From a bacterium (GTDB lineage Bacteria; Patescibacteriota; Minisyncoccia; Phycocordibacterales; Phycocordibacteraceae): a stretch of DNA of 64,000 nt. Positions within the stretch are counted from its first letter, which is position 1. The number at the start of each line of letters is the position of its first letter. The notes beneath the pieces are model-generated. The model saw only the letters and a program-made list of their open reading frames with translations, was not told the origin of the DNA and did no database searches. Both the position numbers and the translations under genes were made by a program. Positions 57,199 through 64,000 of this stretch are shown here, in pieces. The DNA lies in assembly GCA_027311385.1 (NCBI GenBank), contig DAICZA010000001.1, forward strand, positions 5,271-69,270, in the 5' to 3' direction.

Positions 57199-58908
57199 CT
57201 AGCGCATAAGCCGCACGAGGCGGATGGTTTCAAACGAGTGGCGCCCGTGGAGGGCGTGGAAGACGGGCGAGAGTTTATCGCCCTGCGCCTCCGCGAGCGC
57301 CTCATGGACTTCGCCGACGATATCCAGCGGCACGAGATGCGCGAAATCACTGCGCGTGAGCTTGCCGATGTCTGCGAGCTCTTCCAAGTGATGCACGACC
57401 GTTGACGGGACAATCCCGCGCGCCTTCGCCGCGTCCTTGAGACTTTTTGCGTCCCGCACGGCGGAAAGCGTTTCCGCAAGCCGTCCCGGCAATCCCGCCG
57501 CCGTTGCATTCCCTTTTCTGTCTCCTGTTTTTTGTTTTTTACCTGCCGTCTCTTCCATCCATGCGCCGCCCATCGCTTTGACGAATTTTTTCTGCATTCC
57601 AATCTTTTCCGCCTCCGGCATCTGCACAAATGCGTCCCGCGCCGCCTCACTGGCGGCGCGGAAATCCCGGTCCTTCTCCAAAATCTCCGGATGTACCTCA
57701 AGCGCGCGCTGGTTGAGACCGGTGAGGTACACGCCGGAGAGCCGCCGCACGCGCGAGAGCGCGACGTATCCCTGCCCGTATTCAAACGCTTTGGAGAGGT
57801 CCATAATCGCGGCGTCCATACTCATCCCCTGGCTCTTGTGCACCGTCATCGCATAGGCGAGCCGCAGCGGCACCTGCGCGACGCTCGCCTTCACCTTTCC
57901 CTGCTCTTCCAGCTGCCACTCCATCGGCTCGGTAGAAATTTTCAGGCCGTCCTTCGTCTCAACGATAGGCATTCCGCCCGCGTCGGTGCCGATGACGACG
58001 CCGAGCGTCCCGTTGACGAACCTTCCTTGCGGCGAATTCTTGGTGAACATCACCGCCGCGCCTTCTTTCAATTCCAATGTCTCCGGCGAGAGACAGCCGC
58101 GCTTCAGCCCCTCTACGAGCGACTCTTTCCCTTTGGAACTCATACGGAAGGTCAGCACCTTGCCCGGGAGCTTCGCGAGCTCGGCGGCGTTGATGCGGTC
58201 CACGTCGGCGTTGTGCGAGAAGAGCTTCGGCGCGCCCAGTACCACATCCGATGTGGTACTGGGCAAGCCCGCTTCGGATTCTCCCGAGCCGATGCGACGT
58301 GCGTTTAATGCTTCATAGTGGAGCTCCTCTACGTTCCCCGCGCGGATTGCCGAGAGTACGCCGAGGAATTCCGCGTCGTCCTGCCGGTACTGCTCGGTGA
58401 GGTAGCAAGTGATGAGGTTCAGGTCGCGCCACAGGGGCGACGTGTACGCGAATTGGACGTCGCGGGCGCGCGACACCGGCGGCAACTGGAAGAAGTCGCC
58501 CACGAGTATAAGCGTGAGCCCGCCGAAGGGTTTATCCACGCGCCGCACTTCGCGGCAAATCGCGTCCGCCATTTCAAACGTCGTCGCCGAGAGCATGGAA
58601 ATCTCTTCAATGATGAGCACCTTCGCTTTCTGGATGCGCCGCGCGACATGCTCCTTGCCCGCGATGCGGTCCACGTCCGCGCGAGAAAGCGACTCGCTGA
58701 TGCCGATGCCGCTCCAGGAGTGGAGCGTCATTCCGCTTACGTGCGTCGCGGCGATGCCGGTTGCCGCCGTCACCGACGGCTCAATGCCGGAATCGCGCAG
58801 CCACGCGACGAACTCGTTGATGGTGTGTGTTTTCCCGCTCCCGGGCTCGCCGGTGAGGTACACGTTCGCACCCGTTTTCAATATGGTCAGCGCTTCGCCT
58901 TGGGTCAT
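57199..58908 (-). CDS. PIF1-family helicase with C-terminal HTH
   Basis: LTGEPGSGKT, EEISM, GDFFQLPPV, LAYAMTVHKSQG, GQGYVALSR. Confidence 0.92.
   Translation of the reverse strand: MTQGEALTILKTGANVYLTGEPGSGKTHTINEFVAWLRDSGIEPSVTAATGIAATHVSGMTLHSWSGIGISESLSRADVDRIAGKEHVARRIQKAKVLIIEEISMLSATTFEMADAICREVRRVDKPFGGLTLILVGDFFQLPPVSRARDVQFAYTSPLWRDLNLITCYLTEQYRQDDAEFLGVLSAIRAGNVEELHYEALNARRIGSGESEAGLPSTTSDVVLGAPKLFSHNADVDRINAAELAKLPGKVLTFRMSSKGKESLVEGLKRGCLSPETLELKEGAAVMFTKNSPQGRFVNGTLGVVIGTDAGGMPIVETKDGLKISTEPMEWQLEEQGKVKASVAQVPLRLAYAMTVHKSQGMSMDAAIMDLSKAFEYGQGYVALSRVRRLSGVYLTGLNQRALEVHPEILEKDRDFRAASEAARDAFVQMPEAEKIGMQKKFVKAMGGAWMEETAGKKQKTGDRKGNATAAGLPGRLAETLSAVRDAKSLKDAAKARGIVPSTVVHHLEELADIGKLTRSDFAHLVPLDIVGEVHEALAEAQGDKLSPVFHALHGRHSFETIRLVRLMR
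58234..58264. repeat. Perfect 31-bp palindrome within the PIF1 coding sequence
   Basis: GCCCAGTACCACATC-C-GATGTGGTACTGGGC. Confidence 0.85.
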
Positions 58909-58926
58909 AAACCGTCAGTATACCCT

Positions 58927-61602
58927 CTATCGGTGCGCGAGCGTATGCGCCGTCCGTACGAGCAATTTCCGCGCTTCTTCTACGATGAGGATGGACGAGG
59001 CGATGATGATGATGCCGAGCCACTCGGAGAACGAGAGCGGCACGGTGTGCAGGATTGCGCGCAAGAACGGCGTGTACAGCGCCAGAAGCTGCAGCGCAAC
59101 GACCGTGAACGTCGCCCCGATGAGGTAGCGGTTGGAGAACGGGTCCCGGAAGACCGACTCGGTCTCCGAGCGGCAATTCCACGCGTTCATCCACTGGAAG
59201 ACCGCGAGTATGGTGAGCGAAATCGTCCACGCCTTCACCGGGTCGCCGCCGACGTTCAGTGCAAAGAGGGAGAGCGTGCCTACCATCATCGGCGCCGCCA
59301 TCAGAATCATGCGCAGACCCATACGGTAGTCAACCAAGTATTTCTTCGGGCGCTCAAACCGGCGCCGGAGCAGATTCCGTTCCTCGGGCTCCATCGCAAG
59401 CGCCACGTCCAAAAAGCCGTCGGTCACGAAGTTGAGCCAGAGAATCTGCACCGCAATGAGCGGGAGCGGGAAGCCGAGAATGAGCGCGCCGAGTATCACC
59501 GATACTTCCCCAAGACTGGTTGAGAACAGGTACAGCACGACTTTCTTGATGGTAACGTAGATGCTTCTCCCCTCTTCCACCGCCGAAATGATGCTCCCGA
59601 AATTATCGTCAAGGAGAACGATGTCGGCCGCCTCCTTCGCGACTTCCGTCCCGATGACGCCCATCGCGACGCCGAGGTCCGCCGCGACAAGCGACGGCGC
59701 GTCGTTGACTCCGTCGCCGGTCATAGCGATAATTTCGCCCCGCTTCTGGTATGCGCGGATGACGCGCAATTTATGTTCCGGCGTCACGCGCGCGAAAACC
59801 GATACCGCCTCAAGCTGTCCGGCGAGCGCCGTGTCCGAAAGCGCGTCCATCTCCTCGCCGGTAAGCACGCGGTCGCCCGGGTGGAAGATACCCGCCTCCT
59901 TCGCGATGGCGCGCGCGGTGAGCTTGTGGTCGCCGGTTATCATCACGACCCTGATGCCGGCGCCTTCCGCCCGCCGCACCGTCTCGGCGACGCCGGGCCG
60001 GAGCGTGTCTTGAATGCCGAAGAATCCGCCGAACACGAGGTGTTGTATCGGCTCGGCGTCGTGCGCCGGATGCGCGTCTTCCCGCACCGCGTACGCGACT
60101 GTGCGCAATCCCCGTCCGGACATATCGTCGGAAATCTCCGTCACATAGGTGCGCTCCGCGGCGCTTAGGGCGCGCGTCGTCCCCCCGGTGCGCACGCGTG
60201 TGCACAGCGCGATGACCGCCTCGGGCGCGCCGATGACGCTCACCAGCGCTGTGCCGTCCACCGCGTGCGTCGTCGCGTGGTACTTCAGCCGGTAATCAAA
60301 CGGCACTTCAAAGAGGAGCGGCGATTCGGCGATGAGGTCGTCTTTGCGGAATCCCATTTTCTCGCCGAGGACAAGCAATGCCGCTTCGGTCGGGTCGCCG
60401 GCGACGCGCCAGCGCTTATCGGCTTCGGTATACGAGACGCGCGCATTCGCGAGAAGCGCCGCGACTTTCCCCGCAAAAAAGAGCGCCTCGTGGTCCGCCG
60501 GCACCACGGCCGCTCCGTCCTGCTCCACCGCGCCGGTCGGCTCGTAACCGACGCCGCCGACGCGGTACGTCGTACCCTCGGCGTATATCTCGCGCACGAC
60601 GAGTTCGTTCTTGGTAAGCGTGCCCGTCTTATCCACCGCGATGACGCGCGCCTGCCCGAGCGCTTCCACCGCTTGGAGCCGCTTCACGAGCGCATTGCGC
60701 TTGCTCATCCGCCATACGCCGGTCGCAAGCACGAGCGTAATGACGACCGGCAATCCTTCGGGGATGATGGACACCGCGAGCGATACGACGGTCGCGAAAA
60801 TGACGGAGAGCGCCTGCCCTTCGGCAAGACCGAGCAGAAGAATCGTGACGCTCACCACAGTGACGACACTGATGATAGCGCGCGACAGCGAACGGATATC
60901 CGCTTTGAGCGGTATCTCCGATGTGATGGTATGGATGGAATGCGCTATCCGGCCGAGGGCGGTCGCACTGCCGGTTGCGACCACGACGGCTTCGCCGTTG
61001 CCCGAGACGATGCTCGTGCCCTTGAACACCATATTCACCTGCTCCGCCACCGGGACGTTCTCGCGCGAAATCGTATCCGCCGTTTTCCCGACCGGCTCCG
61101 ACTCTCCGGTCATAGAGGCTTCGTCAATCTTCAGCGTGTGCGCGGTGCGGATACGCGCGTCGGCGGGGACTTTTTCTCCCTCGTTCAGGAGCACGATATC
61201 GCCGGGAACGACCTCGCGGTCGGGGATGATGACTTCGGTGCCGTCGCGCATCACTGTCGCCGTCGTCTCGCTAAACGCCGTGAGCGCGCGGAGCGTGTTC
61301 TGCGCCCGTCCCTCCTGAATCAGGCCGACAATCGCATTAAAAAGAAGTACGGCGAAGATGATGACGCCGTCGGTCACTTCGCCGAGCAGGAGAACCGCGG
61401 CCGCGGCCGCGAGGAGGATATAGATGAGCGGGCTCGCAAACTGCCGTAGGAAGAGGGTGAACAGGCTCGGCGTCTTCCCTTTCGGCAGTTCGTTGGCGCC
61501 GAACTCCTGCAGGCGCCGTTTCGCAACGGCGGCGGAAAGTCCGTGCTCATTCGTCTCCAGTTCCGCAAAAATCTCCGGAATTGCTGTTGCGTACCAGTTC
61601 AC
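58927..61602 (-). CDS. Cation-transporting P-type ATPase (type II)
   Basis: TGES, PEGL, DKTGTLT, MITGD, TGDGVNDAP. Confidence 0.95.
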   Translation of the reverse strand: MNWYATAIPEIFAELETNEHGLSAAVAKRRLQEFGANELPKGKTPSLFTLFLRQFASPLIYILLAAAAAVLLLGEVTDGVIIFAVLLFNAIVGLIQEGRAQNTLRALTAFSETTATVMRDGTEVIIPDREVVPGDIVLLNEGEKVPADARIRTAHTLKIDEASMTGESEPVGKTADTISRENVPVAEQVNMVFKGTSIVSGNGEAVVVATGSATALGRIAHSIHTITSEIPLKADIRSLSRAIISVVTVVSVTILLLGLAEGQALSVIFATVVSLAVSIIPEGLPVVITLVLATGVWRMSKRNALVKRLQAVEALGQARVIAVDKTGTLTKNELVVREIYAEGTTYRVGGVGYEPTGAVEQDGAAVVPADHEALFFAGKVAALLANARVSYTEADKRWRVAGDPTEAALLVLGEKMGFRKDDLIAESPLLFEVPFDYRLKYHATTHAVDGTALVSVIGAPEAVIALCTRVRTGGTTRALSAAERTYVTEISDDMSGRGLRTVAYAVREDAHPAHDAEPIQHLVFGGFFGIQDTLRPGVAETVRRAEGAGIRVVMITGDHKLTARAIAKEAGIFHPGDRVLTGEEMDALSDTALAGQLEAVSVFARVTPEHKLRVIRAYQKRGEIIAMTGDGVNDAPSLVAADLGVAMGVIGTEVAKEAADIVLLDDNFGSIISAVEEGRSIYVTIKKVVLYLFSTSLGEVSVILGALILGFPLPLIAVQILWLNFVTDGFLDVALAMEPEERNLLRRRFERPKKYLVDYRMGLRMILMAAPMMVGTLSLFALNVGGDPVKAWTISLTILAVFQWMNAWNCRSETESVFRDPFSNRYLIGATFTVVALQLLALYTPFLRAILHTVPLSFSEWLGIIIIASSILIVEEARKLLVRTAHTLAHR

Positions 61603-61766
61603 TAGTGCAGTGTATCAGCTCCGACCGGGGCCGGCAGTACCGCCGTCTCAATGTGCACCTGTTCCCAGAAAATGCCCAGGTCGAACGCAATGAGGAACGT
61701 GGCGAGGAACACGATAACCGCCGCAAGCTTTGAGTACCAGGTCACTTTGTTCCATTCAATCTTCAT
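61602..61766 (-). CDS. Small membrane protein
   Basis: MKIEWNKVTWYSKLAAVIVF; TATACT 7 nt before ATG. Confidence 0.55.
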   Translation of the reverse strand: MKIEWNKVTWYSKLAAVIVFLATFLIAFDLGIFWEQVHIETAVLPAPVGADTLH

Positions 61767-61790
61767 ACAGCCGAAGTATAGCAAACGGGC

Positions 61791-62264
61791 TTATGCGCTT
61801 TTCAAGCGGCGGGCGGCGAAAACGGCGGTGACGAACGCGGCGATGAAGAACAGCAGGCCGGTGAAGCACGGGCTTTGGACCGGCGACACGCCGGGCGTGC
61901 AGATAAAGGCGGAGGTAGGAGGGCCGAAGAGCTTGTAATACTCCACCGCCTCGTACGCGACTACCGACGCGGCGAACACGACACAGAAGAGGAGGAAATT
62001 GCGCAGCCGGCGCTGGTTCACCGGGTGCGGCCTCTGGTACGCGCGCACCGACCAGAACAGCGCGACGAGAAATGCCGTGGAGCCGTAAAAGCAGGCGGTC
62101 GTGAGCGGATTCGGGACGGTGCAATCAGTGAAGCGAAAGAGCGTCCCATAGAGTGAATGAAAGGTGCTGAATTGGGAAAGCGTCGCTGACCAGGCGAAGA
62201 CGGTGCCTCCGAACAGGAGAAGCGTCTGGACGAGGAGGATATTTTTTGTGTCGGTTGTTTTCAT
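61791..62264 (-). CDS. Four-TM membrane protein with two Cys pairs
   Basis: Internal duplication C...NPLTTACFYG / C...SPVQSPCFTG. Confidence 0.65.
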   Translation of the reverse strand: MKTTDTKNILLVQTLLLFGGTVFAWSATLSQFSTFHSLYGTLFRFTDCTVPNPLTTACFYGSTAFLVALFWSVRAYQRPHPVNQRRLRNFLLFCVVFAASVVAYEAVEYYKLFGPPTSAFICTPGVSPVQSPCFTGLLFFIAAFVTAVFAARRLKSA

Positions 62265-62273
62265 AGCGTGTTG

Positions 62274-62807
62274 TTAGCGGATGCCGCTGTCGCAGGAAAT
62301 GCTCGTCGTCGCGTACGCGCCCGCCGCGACAGTGACGACGACCGGCGCGCAGCGCGGGAGCGCGGCGCCGCCGCCTGCGTTGAGCGTGTAGGAACCGGGC
62401 GCAAGCGGGAGTGCGAACGCACCGGTCGCGTCCGAGTTCCCGATGAGAAGCGGCTTTGCAGAGCCGGTGCGGTACACCGCTATCGCCGTCGCGTACGGCT
62501 TGTCGGCGCACTGCGGGTCGGGCGGATTCCGCATCACCGGGCAGGTCGGCCCGAGTGAGACCGTCCCGCGCACGCCGGATGTGCCGGGAGGAGTGCCGCT
62601 CGGCGTGGTCGTCGCCGTCGGACACGGGGCGAATTCGCAGTCCGGCCCGACGCGCCCGACGGCGGAGCCGTCGGGGCAGAGTTTCGCCTCCAGCGAGCAC
62701 GCCTGACCCGCCGGGGCCGGTGCGGTGCGCGTGTCCACGACCCAGAGCGCTATGAGAACCGTCACCGCGACAATGACAATGATGGAAGTGTATTCCTTCA
62801 TCGTCAT
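62274..62807 (-). CDS. Exported Cys-rich protein
   Basis: ACSLEAKLCPDGSAVGRVGPDCEFAPCP motif and GPTCPV beta domain. Confidence 0.7.
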   Translation of the reverse strand: MTMKEYTSIIVIVAVTVLIALWVVDTRTAPAPAGQACSLEAKLCPDGSAVGRVGPDCEFAPCPTATTTPSGTPPGTSGVRGTVSLGPTCPVMRNPPDPQCADKPYATAIAVYRTGSAKPLLIGNSDATGAFALPLAPGSYTLNAGGGAALPRCAPVVVTVAAGAYATTSISCDSGIR

Positions 62808-62992
62808 TTCTTGTGCTTCGTCCGGTCGGTGAGTTTATATTTCATTCCGGCCTTCGGCGCGGGAGGAAATTTCTTTCCTTTGACGCTCGTTATCTCTTTC
62901 TTGGTCTTGTGCCGCGACGGGCCGATTTTGGCATACTGGGCGGACACGGGGACTTTCTGGCCGGGTTTGAATGTCTTGTTTTTGGTCGCCAT
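62804..62992 (-). CDS. Small basic protein (YjzC-like)
   Basis: FKPGQKVPVSAQY...EITSVKGKKFPP. Confidence 0.6.
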   Translation of the reverse strand: MATKNKTFKPGQKVPVSAQYAKIGPSRHKTKKEITSVKGKKFPPAPKAGMKYKLTDRTKHKK

Positions 62993-63045
62993 ATGCCTTT
63001 CATCGTATCACCGCCACAGACACCGCGGCGCGAAGTCCACAGACC

Positions 63046-63345
63046 TTACACCAGTGGGAAGCCGGCGCTGTGCCAGGAGATGACGCCGCCAACGACGTTC
63101 GCTGCCCTCACACCTGCCGAGGCGAGGAATTGGCACGCCATCCCGCTCCGGTTCCCGCTCGCACAGATGAGACAGAGATTCGGCATCGCTCGCAAGCGGT
63201 CAACCGCGTGAGGCACCATCTGGAGCGGAATGTTTTCCGACCCCTCTACGTGCGCGTCGGCATATTCGGCCGGCGAACGCACATCAATAATCGTCGCGCC
63301 TCCGGCGCGACGATTATTCAGTTCTGCAACGGTTATCTGTTCCAT
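63046..63345 (-). CDS. Rhodanese-like protein
   Basis: IDVRSPAEY..HVEGS.NIPL, CASGNRS, GG..SW. Confidence 0.9.
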   Translation of the reverse strand: MEQITVAELNNRRAGGATIIDVRSPAEYADAHVEGSENIPLQMVPHAVDRLRAMPNLCLICASGNRSGMACQFLASAGVRAANVVGGVISWHSAGFPLV

Positions 63346-63465
63346 ACGCGGCCAGTATACATAAAATCACACGCCGAGTGTACTCCCTACAATACAATTT
63401 GGTTTGCTACAGAAACGAAAAGCCCACGATGGAGCGCGTGGGCTAATCGTGGGCCATGGGATGTT

Positions 63466-63978
63466 TTATCCCATAACGAGCTTCACAAGCGGATTGTTCT
63501 TGTCGGACCAGTTCTTGGCCCCGACCTGCTTTGAAAAGAACTGCCTTAGCAAGTCTTTTGATGCCTCCTGCAAAACTCCTCCCGTGATCACCGGCCGCTC
63601 TTCCTGGAATCTCGGGCAGAGCATGGAAGGATTCTTGAGCAGGAAGCCACCGCCGCCGTACGGGTCGTCAAGCGCGTAGACGATGCGCGAGACACGTGCG
63701 GTCATGAGCATACTAAGGCACATGATGCACGGTTCCAGCGTCGTATATACCGTAAATCCGTCCAGATTCCGCGGTCCTTCCCTGCTCCACAACGCTTGGT
63801 AACAGCCGTTATGCTCGGCGTGGTCAAACAACGGGTGGTTGATGCCGGTCTTTCGGCCGTGAGCAACGACCTGTCCGTTTCTGACGAATACCGCCCCGAC
63901 GGGGATCCAGCTATTGTTCAACGCCAGTCCCGCCTGTTCCAACGCGAGTTGCATAAAATCCTCGTCAGTATCTTTCAT
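63466..63978 (-). CDS. Zn-dependent nucleoside deaminase (TadA-like)
   Basis: PVGAV, HAE, TLEPCIMC. Confidence 0.85.
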   Translation of the reverse strand: MKDTDEDFMQLALEQAGLALNNSWIPVGAVFVRNGQVVAHGRKTGINHPLFDHAEHNGCYQALWSREGPRNLDGFTVYTTLEPCIMCLSMLMTARVSRIVYALDDPYGGGGFLLKNPSMLCPRFQEERPVITGGVLQEASKDLLRQFFSKQVGAKNWSDKNNPLVKLVMG

Positions 63979-64000
63979 TTCCGCACCTCTCTCTAATTTC

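Overview
High-GC chromosomal segment of a reduced-genome bacterium, most likely Patescibacteria/CPR (Parcubacteria-like; inferred from gene content and style). It uses the standard genetic code. It carries housekeeping genes (recR, rplU, mraZ-rsmH-ftsI-murF, lysS, greA, mreB-mreC-mrdA, proS, rseP, frr, murA, def-fmt), envelope and surface proteins, a GT4-GH57-GH15 cluster, tRNA-Glu(CTC), a tRNA-Asn(GTT) split by a group I intron with an HNH endonuclease gene, and a REP-associated tyrosine transposase with three palindromes. The main observation is a family of seven small insertion elements (80-277 bp). Each has terminal inverted repeats YCCCGTTAGA...TCTAACGGGR and a perfect 4-bp target duplication TGNN, and each lies at a gene's start codon (A|TGNN). 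The element's last base plus the duplicated TG rebuilds an ATG or GTG for the host gene. The longest copy encodes a GIY-YIG nuclease that starts at the host's original ATG and whose stop overlaps the rebuilt ATG. I do not recognise this as a described IS family.
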